From Ophelia neglecta (lineage: Eukaryota), in contig OZ260664.1 of the NCBI GenBank assembly GCA_965285935.1, positions 14,384,001 through 14,448,000 on the forward strand: a stretch of DNA of 64,000 nucleotides, read 5' to 3'. Of the stretch, positions 1 through 14,600 are shown piece after piece (position 1 is the first letter of the stretch; the number at the start of each line of letters is the position of its first letter). Made by a program: the position numbers and the translations under genes. Under the pieces are notes generated by a model. The model was given only the letters and a program-made list of their open reading frames with translations, had not been told where the DNA came from and did not search any database.

Positions 1-232
1 TAGCAATCTGTCACCGAGTCATACATTGTCAAACCGAATCTTGTTCATTATACGTAAAGAGTTACACATTGATTATAATATTATTTTAACTAAAATGGAA
101 TGATTTTTTTCATGGTTTGCCTGTCACTTCAGACATATCGCACTTCAGACATATCGATTTCCTCAATGCTGATAAAAAGCATTTCTACTTTATGTTTATA
201 TTTTGAATTTTGTACGTTTGCTTTCGGGGGTT

Positions 233-255
233 GGTGGCCACCGGCTGTGGCTGGG
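233..255 (+). other. Solo copy of conserved hairpin motif (GCCAC-cggct-GTGGC)
   Basis: ggtg GCCAC cggct GTGGC tggg: perfect 5-bp stem, 5-nt loop and the same GGTR/TGGG flanks as the array-1 core. Flanking DNA is unrelated to the array. Confidence 0.7.
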
Positions 256-1192
256 TTCCCCAAAGACTATACCAACATCTTTTTTACTTTTTTCCTATGT
301 GATGTGTACATACTTGACAAAAGTTCTCTGTTTTGTATCCATTTTACTTGGAAGGAAAACTTGAAATATGTCCAATAATATGTAAACCATCTCCAGTAAA
401 ATCTGCAGTATGTGTTTTAACCGAGCAAACGATCAATGTCAATAGGTTTTGAGTGACACCTTCAGTACAATTGGGTTAGAGTCGCAAAAAAATGCGTCCG
501 CAGATTCCAGAATCACTTGCTACGTACACTTGTTGTTATTTTTTGTTTTTCCTATTACTCGGGTTTTAAGTAAGACTCGAAAGGGAAATATGCTTGAAAA
601 CATGAGAACACCACTTCGTTTATAACTGTTTTTACAGTGCATGGCATTGGGTACCTGGATTTATTGTCATCGATAATTACTGACAACCACTTAACATTGA
701 CTAACCCTCTACCGTAAACTACTATCATGCTGGATATGAAAGTTATTCAATATGAAAAATTGACCGATACTAAAGGAAATTCCAACACAAATAAACAAAC
801 ACTAGAGGAAACTAAAGGATTGAAAATTCATCATACCCCCTCTACATGACACAAAACCAGAATCTTAAATAAATGGGATAAGAAGAAAGGTTTCACTGCC
901 CGAAAACTTCTTGGCAAGGAAATAAATAATCACATACTTCTGGTAGACTAGGACAACAGGATAATAGACAACAAAGGACAAGCAAATATCCCGGATAAGG
1001 AAATGTTATGTGGCAGTAGGAAAAATAATACAAAATCTCTATTATAAATTCACACGGAATATCAAAAATGAATAGAAAATGAATAGAAAATAAAGTCAAC
1101 TATGCTCTTCGACAAGGAAATGTCAACAAGAAGAAAGAAAAATACAGTTCGTAGGAACATGTTAAACATAAAAAAAAAACAAGGGAAAATGA

Positions 1193-1267
1193 ATGCTAGA
1201 CCAGAATTGAACGGCTAAATCTTGACACTGACACATCTGACAACGCCTTATCCACTTGCGGCATCGC
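1193..1267 (-). mobile_element. Degenerate tRNA-like / SINE head (Pol III A/B-box-like)
   Basis: Minus strand reads GCGATGCCGCAAGTGGATAAGGCG...GTTCAATTC followed by T-runs. A-box-like and B-box-like motifs are present, but I could not fold a convincing cloverleaf. Confidence 0.3.
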
Positions 1268-2659
1268 AAACCGAACAAAATACAGAGGAATATTCATGAA
1301 TGGTTCTACGTCATTTTAGCAAACTGAAAGGGGAAAACATCAAAAGCAAAATGGGTGTATTTTTAAGTTTGGAATAGCATAATAGGTACATATTTAGAAA
1401 CAAGAAGGAATAGACAAAAACCTGACCCGGGTTATTGAATAGAACACCCGACCATAGAAACATTTTGTGAAATAAATATGCTGATTTTGTAATTTTTGGG
1501 AAGTTATATACTGCCTCTGAATGTTCCGAAGGGCATACTGTCGATATAAAAACACAGTAAAACCACAGGGCTTTCAGTAGCGTAGCTAGGCTAGAAAGGT
1601 GCCATATTTATATTTTGGTTAGATAAGAAAGTATGGACGCAAAAAGTGACAAGAGTAGTACGTGTCTCTGGGTTAGTCGAACGATTAGTTGTGGCCAACC
1701 GCATAACCATATACCCTGCATGTAGACTATAAACAAGGGTTGGCTCCAAATAGCATAAGATACAGACTAAGTAGTTCGGGAAATGGTTATCCTAGCAAAG
1801 GGACTTGCCCTAGCAAAGGGACTTGCTAATAGGTAGATTGAAAATAAATCGCAAATACCAACCAATGTTCCCTTGCTACATATTTAGTTGAACTTTGACA
1901 ACCACTATTGTGATGATTTAGGCATTCTCAGCCAATGGAATTTTCTTTGTAGAAAGTAGTAAAGACGAGATGTGCAGCCACATAGGTGTAGACAGTAGCT
2001 TTCATTCTTCTATCGATACCTTAGTAGTGATGAGACAATATATACCCTGCGTACAGAACAGGAATGCATAGTGTTGACTTTCAGTTGGTGCAATGAATAA
2101 ATACTACTATTGTATATCAGCAAGGTTCAGTAGTAAGGCAGATCCAAATTGATTTAAGTGTATATGCACTGAAGCAGGAAATTAAGGTCAAGATTTTCAC
2201 CTCAGCCTATTGACTAAGAATGAAGTCGATTGAAGTGTCATTATAAATATATGTTGATGGCAGCCCAATTGATCGATGATTTGTAAAGGCATCATTTGCC
2301 AGATAGTCTTGTATGATTGGAAAAATGTCTGTCCAAAGTCCTGGGCAATACATGGGCTAAGTACACATTTGAGCTATCTCACAACTTGAACTATCTCACA
2401 TCTAAACCATTTAATATATAAAGAACGTAGATGCACGACTTCGAGATATGAAATTATATGAATGATATTCATTGCCTTAGTTGACGCTTACCATATTTGA
2501 CCACATTCGAGACACACATTAAAAGTCTCCAATTATTACTTACCACCTCTACTCTTTTGATGACCATTGTCCATGGTGAACAACTAAATCCATGCCTCGC
2601 CAATTTTGATGTCCGTAAATATCCGATTAAAGATGGCAACAATGCTATAGGAGCTATAT

Positions 2660-2697
2660 CAGTACAGTGGGTGACCACCAGCTGTGGTTGGGTGCTG
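2660..2697 (+). repeat. Diverged outlying copy of array-1 core (ACCAC-cagct-GTGGT)
   Basis: cagtacagtgggtg ACCAC cagct GTGGT tgggtgctg matches the array core. Confidence 0.8.
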
Positions 2698-5600
2698 AAT
2701 GTAGAAATATATTTTGAGTATGTCCTCGTTTGAGTATGTCCTCGTTAGGGTAAAGTTATTTGATAAATGGCTTGCGCTGTAGTAATTGGGGAAAACCATG
2801 CGATTTACATCTATCGGATAGATATTTATCAAACTGCAAACAGATAAACAGATTATTCAAGCTGAGTTGGCTTTCCATCATATGCCTTTGTAATTTTCAA
2901 GCACGGGACTATTCTCCTGTTAGGTCATGCCATTAAATTAGGAGATAAATGGTTAATAATTAGGGGACTGATTGTCCTATTTAAATCTATTGGGCATTCT
3001 TATGCCATAAAAAATTATTCTTTGCCAAAACCAAACCAAGTACCTGGCAGGTACTACAAAACAAATGTAACATATATATGTATATGTATATATGCTGTAT
3101 TGAATATACACTGAAGCATTTGTTGCTTCATAAGTAACCACGTTCTTGTAAAATGATTGGTCCAACATCGGCTGGTAGTCATCGACTGGGCGCTGATATT
3201 TTTCTCCACCATGTAGCTTAAGGAGTTGACAGGTATTAGTTTCAAATCTGCAAAGTGCCTTCAGTAGGCATTGCATCCAGAACCAATTGCTACACAGCAA
3301 TGCGCTGCTTAGCTAAAAATGAAACGTAATAGGAGCAATTTCAACAGAGGATAATAGACGTAAATTGAATCTAAACAGAATATATATCTTCACCTCATCT
3401 ATCAGAGGGCATCCGTTATAGATTACTATCGGATTTTTTGCTCCGCAGAGTGATAGCCAGCTATGGTTGGGTTCTGCAAAATAGAAAACCTTTTTTAAGG
3501 CTTCGCTACAATCAAATACAGTTCGTTATTCAGTCTCCGCTGTTAGTCACCACTTGTGGCTGGATTCTTCAGGAATTCTAATCACATTTGGAAAAAAATA
3601 ATGCCCAATATAAAGACCCTCCCAAGACTTCCGTAAATATGACAGCAGGTTATATCAAACCTACTCAGCATATTTTGTATCCCCGTAGGACTGAGTAGTT
3701 CTCAAAACCTTCAAAAGCCAACAACGGCGTCCAAGGAGCATCCGCTTTATATCACCAACCAAGTATTAGTTACTCAGTCAGTTCTCAGTTATTTCGCCCG
3801 AAATCATAAGTGGTAAATAACAGTAGGTTATATGTAATCAGTGCAGTGGGTGACCATCAGCTATGGTTGGGTTCTGCATATTAGGTAACTTAAAATCTTC
3901 ACCAAAACAAGGGTCGGAGAAATTTCTACATTCAGCCTTTGCTGGTAGTCACATGCTGTGACTGGGTACCTTCGGAATTTCTTCAAAACTCACTTGCGAA
4001 TCAGATTCAATATGAACGCTTCCCTAGGGTTTATAAACTACGAATACAAGTTGAAGCAAACATGGTCGGGTTAGTTCAAATCTCTATGTTGCAGGGTAAT
4101 GCCACTTTTTAAACACTCGAAAACCACACAAGTCTTTCAGAGGACATCCGTTATAGAGTACAGTCATAGATTTGATTCACCGACACACAAAAAACGAGTT
4201 ATTTCAACATAAATTTTAAAGGGAAGTATTACAGTAGGTTGTATCTAATTAGTGCAGTGGGTGACCATCAGCTGTGGTTGGGTCCTGCAAATTAGAAAGC
4301 CTTTCTGAAAACTTAACCTTGAAATTGCTGCAGGTCACTAAGTGTGACTAGGTATCTTTAGATTTGCTATAACATGACTTGAAAATCGTTTCACAGGAAT
4401 TACTGCCCTAGCACTTTCTAAACTCCTCAAACAGATCATAGCACAACTTTGAAAGTACAATGCATCCGCCTATTAAAGGTTAGAATCAATGTCAAGGAAT
4501 GCTGTAACACTACACACAATGTTTAAACGTGTCCACTATCAATGACTGTACATCACTTAGCGGCTCAGCTAAAAGTAACATGTTATCGTAACCACATTTA
4601 CAGGGGATAGCCGATAGGAAGATTTATCTAATTAGTGCATTTGGTGACAATCAGCTATTGTTGGGTTCTGCAAATTTGAAAACTTCTCTTAAGGCTTCGC
4701 TACATTGAAATCAAAGATCTGAATATGCGCAATCCATCGTTTGCTGCAGGTCACTAAGTGTGACTAAGTCTCTTTAGATTTGCTATAACATGACTTGAAA
4801 ATCGTTCCACAGGAATTACTGCCCTAGCACTTTCTAAACTCCTCAAACAGATCATAGCGCAACTTTGAAAGTACAATGCATCCGCCTATTAAAGGTTAGA
4901 ATCAATTTCAAGGAATGCTGAAACACTACACCCACTGTTCAAACGTGTCCACTATCAATGACTGTACATCACTTAGCGGCTCAGCTAAAAGTGACATGTT
5001 ATCGTAACCATATTCACAGGGGATAGCCGATAGGAAGATTTATCTAATTAGTGCATTTGGTGACAATCAGCTATTGTTGGGTTCTGCAAATTAGAAAACC
5101 TCTCTTAAGGCTTCTCTACAAACAATATGAACAGTTGGCTTTTTCAACCTCCGCTGTTAGTCACAACTTGTAGCTGGATTTTTCCTGATTTCTTCTAATC
5201 ACATTTATGAAATATTTATCGATATAAAGGCTGTCCGAGAATTCCGTAAATGCGACAATAGGCGGTATCGAACATGTTCAGCATATTTATTGTGTCCTCA
5301 TATCACCGAGTAGCTTCACCTTAAAATAAAGATATGGAAAAGTCGTGAATAGGTCTATACTTTGTATTACCTGACTTGAAAATCGTTTCACAGGAATAAC
5401 AGGTTAGATTCAATTTCAAGGAATGCTGGAACACCAAAAGCTGTTCAAAGCGCGTCCACTCTCAATGACTGTACAACACCTAGCTGCTCAGCTAAAAATG
5501 TCATGTAATCGTAAATATATTCACAGGGAATAGCCGATAGGAAGATTTATCTAATTAGTGCATCTGGTGACAATCAGCTATTGTTGGGTTCTGCAAATTA

Positions 5601-8600
5601 GAAAACTTCTCTTAAGGCTTCGCTACAAGCAAATATGAACAGTTTGTTGAATCTGTATCCGCCGTTAGTCACCAATTGTGGCTGGATTCTTCAGGATTGC
5701 TTGTCACCACATTTGAGAAATGGTAACCAATATAAAGACCATCCGAAGACTTTCATAAATACAACAGTCAGTATGGAACATGTTCAGCATATTTTGTATC
5801 CACGTAGGACCGAGTAGCCCTCAAAACCTTCAAAAGCCAACAAACGGCGCCCAAGGAGCATGTTTATATCACCATCCAAGTGTTAATTGCTCAGTCAAAT
5901 CTAGGTTATTTCGCCCGAAATCATAATCAGGACTTAGCTGCTCAGCTAAAAGTGACATATAATCGTAGCCATATTCACAGGGGATAGCCGATAGGAAGAT
6001 TTATCTAATTAGTGCATCTGGTGACAATCAGCTATTGTTGGGTTCTGCAAATTAGAAAACTTCTCTAGAGGCTTCGCTACAACCAAATATGAACAGCGCG
6101 TTGCTTCTATATCCGCCGTTAGTCACCAATTAAGGCTCGATTCTTCAGGATTGCTTGTAACCACAGTTGAGAAATAATAACCAATATAAAGACAACCACA
6201 AGACTTTCATAATTACGACAACAGGCAGTATGGAACATGTTCAGCATATTTTGTATCCCCGTAGGACCGAGTAGTTCTCAAAACCTACAAAAGCCAACAA
6301 CGGGGCCCAGGGAGCATCCGTTTATATCACCATCCAAATGTTAGTTACTCAGTCAAATCTAAGTTATTTCGCCCGAAATAATAGAGGGTAAATAATAGTA
6401 GGTTGTATATAATCAGTGCAGTGGGTGACCATCAGCTATGGTTGGATTCTGCATATTAGGTAACTTAAAATCTTCACCAAAACAAGAGTCTGAGCAATTT
6501 CTACATTCAGCCTTTGCTGGTAGTCACATGCTGTGACTTACCTTCGGAATTTCTTCAAAACTCACTTGCGAATCAGTATGACGCTTCCCTAGGGTTTATT
6601 AACTACGAATACAGGTTGAAGCAAACATGGTCGGGTTAGTTCAAATCTCTATGTTGCAGGGTAATGCCACTTTTTAAACACTCGAAAACCACACAAGTCT
6701 TTCAGAAGACATCCGTTATAGATTACAGTCATAGATTTGCTTAGACACACAAAAGACGAGTTATTTCAACATTAATTTTAAGGGGAAGTATTACAGTAGG
6801 TTGTATCTAAGTAGTGCAGTGGGTGACCATCGGCTGTGGTTGGGTCCTGCAAATTAGAAAGCCTTTCTGAAAACTTAACCTTGAAATAAAGATATGGAAA
6901 AATCGTGACTAGGTTATATTTGTATTACCTGACTTGAAAATCGTTTCACAGGAATTAGTGCCTTAGCTCTTTCTTAACTCCTCAAACAGATCATAGCACA
7001 ATTTTAAAGATACACTGCATCCCGCCATTAAAGGTTAGATTCAATTTCAAGGAATGCTGGAACACCACACACTATTGAAAGCGCGTCCACTATCAATGAC
7101 TACACAGCACTTAGCTGCTCAGCTAAAAGTGACATGTAATCGTAGCCATATTCACAGGGAATAGCCGATAGGAAGATTTATCTAATTAGTGCATTTGGTG
7201 ACAATCAGCTATTGTTGGGTTCTGCAAATTAGAAAACTTCTCATAAGGCTTCGCTACAACCAAATATGAACAGCGCGTTGATTCTGTATCCGCCGTTAGT
7301 CACCAATTGGGGCTCGATTCTTCAGGATTGCTTGTAACTACAGTTGAGAAATAATAACCAATATAAAGACAACCACAAGACTTTCATAATAACGACAACA
7401 GGCAGTATGGAACATGTTCAGCATATTTTGTATCCCCGTAGGACCGAGTAGTACTCAAAACCCACAAAAGCCAACAACGGGGCCCAAGGAGCATCCGTTT
7501 ATATCACCATCCAAATGTTAGTTACTCAGTCAAATCTAAGTTATTTCGCCCGAAATCATAGAGGGTAAATAATAGTAGGTCGTATATAATCAGGGCAGTG
7601 GGTGACCGTCAGCTATGGTTGGGTTCTGCATATTAGGTAACTTAAAACCTTCACCAAAACTAAGAGTCTGAGCAATTTCTACATTCAGCCTTTGCTGGTA
7701 GTCACATGCTGTGACTGGGTACCTTCGGAATTTCTTCAAAACTCACTTGCGAATCAGTATGAACGCTTCCCTAGGGTTTATTAATTACGAATACAGGTTG
7801 AAGCAAACATGGTCGGGTTAGTTCAAATCTCTATGTTGCAGGGTAATGCCACTTTTTAAACACTCGAAAACCACACAAGTCTTTCAGAGGACATCCGTTA
7901 TAGATTACAGTCATAGATTTGCTCCACAATCACACAAAAGACGAGTTATTTCAACATAAATTTTAAAGGGAAGTATTACAGTAGGTTGTATCTAATTAGT
8001 GCAGTGGGTGACCATCAGCTGTGGTTGGGTCCTGCAAATTAGAAAGCCTTTCTGAAAACTTCACCTTGAAATTGCTGCAGGTCACTAAGTGTGACTAGGT
8101 ATCTTTAGATTTGCTATAACCTGACTTGAAAATCGTTTCACAGGAATTACTGCCCTAGCACTTTCTTAACTCCTCAAACAGATCATAGCACAACTCTGAA
8201 AGTACAATGCATCCGCCTATTAAAGGTTAGAATCAATTTCAAGGAATGCTGAAACACTACACACACTGTTCAAACGTGTCCACTATCAATGACTGTACAT
8301 CACTTAGCGGCTCAGCTAAAAGTGACATGTTATCGTAAACATATTCACAGGGGATAGCCGAAAGGAAGATTTATCTAATCAGTGCATTTGGTGACAATCA
8401 GCTATTGTTGGGTTCTGCAAATTAGAAAACTTCTCTTAAGGCTTCGCTACAACCAAATATGAACAGCGCGTTGATTCTGTATCCGCCGTTAGTCACCACT
8501 TGTGACTCGATTCTTCAGGATTGCTTGTAACAAAAGTTGAGAAATAATAACCAATATAAAGACAACCCCAAGACTTTCATGATTACGACAACAGTCAGTA

Positions 8601-11600
8601 TGCAACATGTTCAGCATATTTTGTATCCCCGTAGGACCGAGTAGCTCTCAAAACCTTCAAAAGCCAACAACGGCGCCCAAGGAGCATCCGTTTATATCAC
8701 CATCCAAGTGTTAGTTACTCAGTCAAATCTAAGTTATTTCGCCCGAAATCATAGAGGGTAAAAACAGTAGGTTGTATGTAATCAGTGCAGTGGGTGACCA
8801 TCAGCTATGGTTGGGTTCTGCATATTAGATAACTTAAAATCTTCACCAAAACTAGAGTCTGAGCAATTTCTACATTCAGCCTTTGCTAGTAGTCACATGC
8901 TGTTACTGGGTACCTTCGGAATTTCTTTAAAACTCACTTGTGAATCAGATTCAATATGAACGCTTCCCTAGGGTTTATTAACTACGAATACAGGTGGAAT
9001 CAGACATGGTCGGGTTAGTTCAAATCTCTCTTTTGCAGGGTATTGCCACTTTTTAAACACTTTAAAACCACCCAAGTCTATCAGAGGACATTCGTTATAG
9101 AGTACAGTCATATATTTGATTAACCGACACACAAAAAACGAGTTATTTCAACATAAATTTTAAAGGGAAGTATTACAGTAGGTTGTATCTTATTAGTGCA
9201 GTGGGTGACCATCAGCTGTGGTTGGGTCCTGCAAATTAGAAAGCCTTTCTGAAAACTTCACATTGAAATCAAAGATCTGAATATGCGCAATCCATCGTTT
9301 GCTGCAGGTCACTAAGTGTGACTAAGTGTGACTAGGTCTCCTTAGATTTGCTATAAACTGACTTGAAAATCGTTTCACAGGAATTACTGCCCTAGCACTT
9401 TCTAAACTCCTCAAACAGATCATAGCACAACTTTGAAAGTACAATGCATCCGCCTATTAAAGGTTAGAATCAATATCAAGGAATGCTGTAACACTACACA
9501 CAATGTTTAAACATGTCCACTATCAATGGCTGTACATCACTTAGCGGCTCAGCTAAAAGTGACATGTTATCGTAACCACATTTACAGGGGATAGCCGATA
9601 GGAAGATTTATCTAATTAGTGCATTTGGTGACAATCAGCTATTGTTGGGTTCTGCAAATTAGAAAACTTCTCTTAAGGCTTCTCTACAAACAATATGAAC
9701 AGTTGGTTTTTTCAACCTCCGCTGTTAGTCACAACTTGTGGCTGGATTTTTCCTGATTTCTTCTAATCACATTTATGAAATATTTATCGATATAAAGGCT
9801 GTTTGAGAATTCCGTAAATGCGACAACAGGTGGTATCGAACATGTTCATCGTATTTTTTGCGTCCTCCTATTACCGAGTAGTGACATTTCTGAAAACATT
9901 CGAAAGCTACAAACGGGGCTCAAAGAGAATCCGCTATATATATCATCGTCTCATCTATCAGAGAGCATCTATTATATATTACTATCGAAGTTTTTGCTAA
10001 ACAGACAAAAGGGTACTATACAGTAGGCTGTATCTCATCAGTGCAAAGGGTGACAATCAGATGTGGTTGGGTCCTGCAAATAAGAGAGCCTTTCTGAAAG
10101 CTTCACCTTAAAATAAACATATGGAAAAATCGTGCCTAGGTCTATATTTGTATTACCTGACTTGAAAATCGTTTCACAGGAATTAGTGCCTTAGCACTTT
10201 CTTAACTCCTCAAACAGATCATAGCACAATTTTAAAGATGCACTGCATCCCGCCATTAAAGGTTAGATTCAATTTCAAGGAATGCTGGAACACCACACAC
10301 TATTGAAAGCGCGTCCACTATCAATGACTATACAGCACTTAGCTGCTCAGCTAAAAGTGACATGTAATCGTAGCCATATTCACAGGGGATAGCCGATAGG
10401 AAGATTTATCTAATCAGTGCATGTGGTCACAATCAGCTATTGTTGGGTTCTGCAAATTAGAAAACTTCTCTTAAGGCTTCGCTACAACCAAATATGAACA
10501 GATCGTTGATTCTGTATCCGCCGTTAGTCACCACTTGTGGCTGGATTCTTCAGAATTGCTTGTAACCACATTTGAGAAATAATAATCAATATAAAGACTA
10601 CCCCAAGACTCTCATTAATACGTCAACAGGCAGTATGGAACATGTTCAGCATATGCTTTATCCCCGTAGGACCGAGTCGCTCCCAAAACCTTCAAAAGCC
10701 AACAACGGCGCCCAAGAAGCATCCGATTTATATCACCATCCAAGTGTTAGTTACTCAGTCAAATCTAAGTTATTTCGCCCGAAATCATAGAGGGTAAATA
10801 ATAGTAGGTCGTATATAATCAGGGCAGTGGGTGACCATCAGCTATGGTTGGATTCTGCATATTAGGTAACTTAAAACCTTCACCAAAACTAAGAGTCTGA
10901 GCAATTTCTACATTCAGCCTTTGCTGGTAGTCACATGCTGTGACTGGGTACCTTCGGAATTTCTTCAAAAACTCACTTGCGAATCAGTATGAACGCTTCC
11001 CTAGGGTTTATTAATTACGAATACAGGTTGAAGCAAACATGGTCGGGTTAGTTCAAATCTCTATGTTGCAGGGTAATGCCACTTTTTAAACACTCGAAAA
11101 CCACACAAGTCTTTCAGAGGACATCCGTTATAGATTACAGTCATAGATTTGCTCCACAGACACACAAAAGACGAGTTATTTCAACATAAATTTTAAAGGG
11201 AAGTATTACAGTAGGTTGTATCTAATTAGTGCAGTGGGTGACCATCAGCTGTGGTTGGGTCCTGCAGATTAGAAAGCCTTTCTGAAAACTTAACCTTGAA
11301 ATTGCTGCAGGTCACTAAGTGTGACTAGGTATCTTTAGATTTGCTATAACATGACTTGAAAATCGTTTCACAGGAATTACTGCCCTAGCACTTTCTAAAC
11401 TCCTCAAAGAGATCATAGCACAACTTTGAAAGTACAATGCATCCGCCTATTAAAGGTTAGAATCAATTTCAAGGAATGCTGTAACACTACACACAATGTT
11501 CAAACGTGTCCACTATCAATGACTGTACATCACTTAGCGGCTCAGCTAAAAGTGACATGTTATCGTAACCATATTCACAGGGGAAAGCCGATAGGAAGAT

Positions 11601-14600
11601 TTATCTAATTAGTGCATTTGGTGACAATCAGCTATTGTTGGGTTCTGCAAATTAGAAAACTTCTCTTAAGGCTTCTCTACAAACAATATGAACAGTTGGT
11701 TTTTTCAACCTCCGCTGTTAGTCACAACTTGTGGCTGGATTTTTCCTGATTTCTTCTAATCACATTTATGAAATATTTATCGATATAAAGGCTGTTTGAG
11801 AATTCCGTAAATGCGACAACAGGTGGTATCGAACATGTTCATCGTATTTTTTGCGTCCTCCTATTACCGAGTAGTGACATTTCTGAAAACATTCGAAAGC
11901 TACAAACGGGGCTCAAAGAGAATCCGCTATATATATCATCGCCTCATCTATCAGAGAGCATCTATTATATATTACTATCGAAGGTTTTGCTAAACAGACA
12001 AAAAACGAGATATTTCAGCATAAATTCAAAGGGGTACTATACAGTAGGCTGTATCTCATCAGTGCAAAGGGTGACCATCAGCTGTGGTTGGGTCCTGCTA
12101 ATTAGAAAGCCTTTCTGAAAACTTCACCTTAAAATAAACATATGGAAAAATCGTGCCTAGGTTATATTTGTATTACCTGACTTGAAAATCGTTTCACAGG
12201 AATTAGTGCCTTAGCACTTTCTTAACTCCTCAAACAGATCATAGCACAATTTTAAAGATACACTGCATCCCGCCATTAAAAGTTAGATTCAATTTCAAGG
12301 AATGCTGGAACACCACACACTATTGAAAGCGCGTCCACTATCAATGACTATACAGCACTTAGCTGCTCAGCTAAAAGTGACATGTAATCGTAGCCATATT
12401 CACAGGGGATAGCCGATAGGAAGATTTATCTAATTAGTGCATTTGGTGACAATCAGCTATTGTTCGGTTTTGCAAATTAGAAAACTTCTCATAAGGCTTC
12501 GCTACAACTAAATATGAACAGCGCGTTGCTTCTGTATCCGCCGTTAGTCACCAATTAAGGCTCGATTCTTCAGGATTGCTTGTAACCACAGTTGAGAAAT
12601 AATAACCAATATAAAGACAACCCCAAGACTTTCATAAATACGACAACAGGCAGTATGGAACATGTTCAGGATATTTTGTATCCCCGTAGGACCGAGTAGC
12701 TCTCAAAACCTTCAAAAGCCAACAACGGGGCCCAGGGAGCATCCGTTTATATCACCATCCAAATGTTAGTTACTCAGTCAAATCTAAGTTATTTCGCCCG
12801 AAATCATAGAGGGTAAAAACAGTAGGTTGTATGTAATCAGTGCAGTGGGTGACCATCAGCTATGGTTGGGTTCTGCATATTAGATAACTTAAAATCTTCA
12901 CCAAAACTAGAGTCTGAGCAATTTCTACATTCAGCCTTTGCTAGTAGTCACATGCTGTTACTGGGTACCTTCGGAATTTCTTTTAAACTCACTTGCGAAT
13001 CAGATTCAATATGAACGCTTCCCTAGGGTTTATTAACTACGAATACAGGTGGAATCAGACATGGTCGGGTTAGTTCAAATCTCTCTTTTGCAGGGTATTA
13101 CCACTTTTTAAACACTTTAAAACCACCCAAGTCTATCAGAGGACATTCGTTATAGATTACTGTCATAGATTTGCTACACCGACACACAAAAAACGAGTTA
13201 TTTCAACATAAATTTTAAAGGGAAGTATTACAGTAGGTTGTATCTAATTAGTGCAGTGGGTGACCATCAGCTGTGGTTGGGTCCTGCAAATTAGAAAGCC
13301 TTTCTGAAAGCTTCACATTGAAATCAAAGATCTGAATATGCGCAATCCATCGTTTGCTGCAGGTCACTAAGTGTGACTAAGTCTCTTTAGATTTGCTATA
13401 ACATGACTTGAAATTCGTTTCACAGGAATTACTGCCCTAGCACTTTCTAAACTCCTCAAACAGATCATAGCGCAACTTTGAAAGTACAATGCATCCGCCT
13501 ATTAAAGGTTAGAATCAATTTCAAGGAATGCTGAAACACTACACACACTGTTCAAACGTGTCCACTATCAATGACTGTACATCACTTAGCGGCTCAGCTA
13601 AAAGTGACATGTTATCGTAACCATATTCACAGGGGAAAGCCGATAGGAAGATTTATCTAATTAGTGCATTTGGTGACAATCAGCTATTGTTGGGTTCTGC
13701 AAATTAGAAAACTTCTCCTAAGGCTTCTCTACAAACAATATGAACAGTTGGTTTTTTCAACCTCCGCTGTTAGTCACAACTTGTAGCTGGATTTTTCCTG
13801 ATTTCTTCTAATCACATTTATGAAATATTTATCGATATAAAGGCTGTCCGAGAATTCCGTAAATGCGACAATAGGCGGTATCGAACATGTTCAGCATATT
13901 TATTGCGTCCTCATATTACCAAGTAGTGACAGTTCTGAAAACATTCGAAAGCTACAAACGGCGCTCAAAGAGAATCCGCTATATATATCATAGTCTCATC
14001 TATCAGAGAGCATTTATTATATATTACTATCGAAGTTTTTGCTAAACAGACAAAAAACGAGATATTTCAGCATAAATTCAAAGGGGTACTTGACAGGAGG
14101 TTGTATCTAATCATTGCAGTGGGTGACCATCAGCTGTTGTTGGGTCCTGCAAATTAGAGAGCATCTCTGACAGCTTCACCTTAAAATAAAGATATGGAAA
14201 AATCGTGACTAGGTCTATACTTTGTATTACCTGACTTGAAAATCGTTTCACAGGAATAACAGGTTAGATTCAATTTCAAGGAATGCTGGAACACCACAAG
14301 CTGATCAAAGCGCGTCCACTATCAATGACTATACAGCACTTAGCTGCTCAGCTAAAAGTGACATGTAATAGTAGCCATATTCACAGGGGATAGCCGATAG
14401 GAAGATTTATCTAATCAGTGCATGTGGTGACAATCAGCTATTGTTGGGTTCTGCAAATTAGAAAACTTCTCTTAAGGCTTCGCTACAAGCAAATATGAAC
14501 AGTTTGTTGATTCTGTATCCGCCGTTAGTCGCCAATTGTGGCTCGATTTTTCAGGATTGCTTGTCACCACATTTGAGAAATAGTAACCAATATAAAGACC

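Noticed and set aside
229-260. Hairpin motif as a protein repeat (NPATAGGH / VATGCGWV / SAVGDHQLWLG)
   Set aside because: Changes between copies are non-synonymous and introduce stops, but preserve base pairing. No long ORF spans the units.
3853-3867. Iron-responsive element or histone stem-loop
   Set aside because: The loop is 5-nt CAGCU/CGGCU rather than CAGUGH, and there is no bulged C. It does not match the 6-bp/4-nt histone stem-loop.
3840-3880. Hammerhead ribozyme or retrozyme in array-1 units
   Set aside because: The minus strand has CTGATGG/CTGATTG, not CUGANGA, and I found no correctly placed GAAA or three-way junction.
3850-3885. Canonical Helitron 3' end (hairpin plus CTRR)
   Set aside because: No conserved CTRR follows the hairpin and no Rep/helicase ORF is in the window. 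Kept only as a hypothesis.
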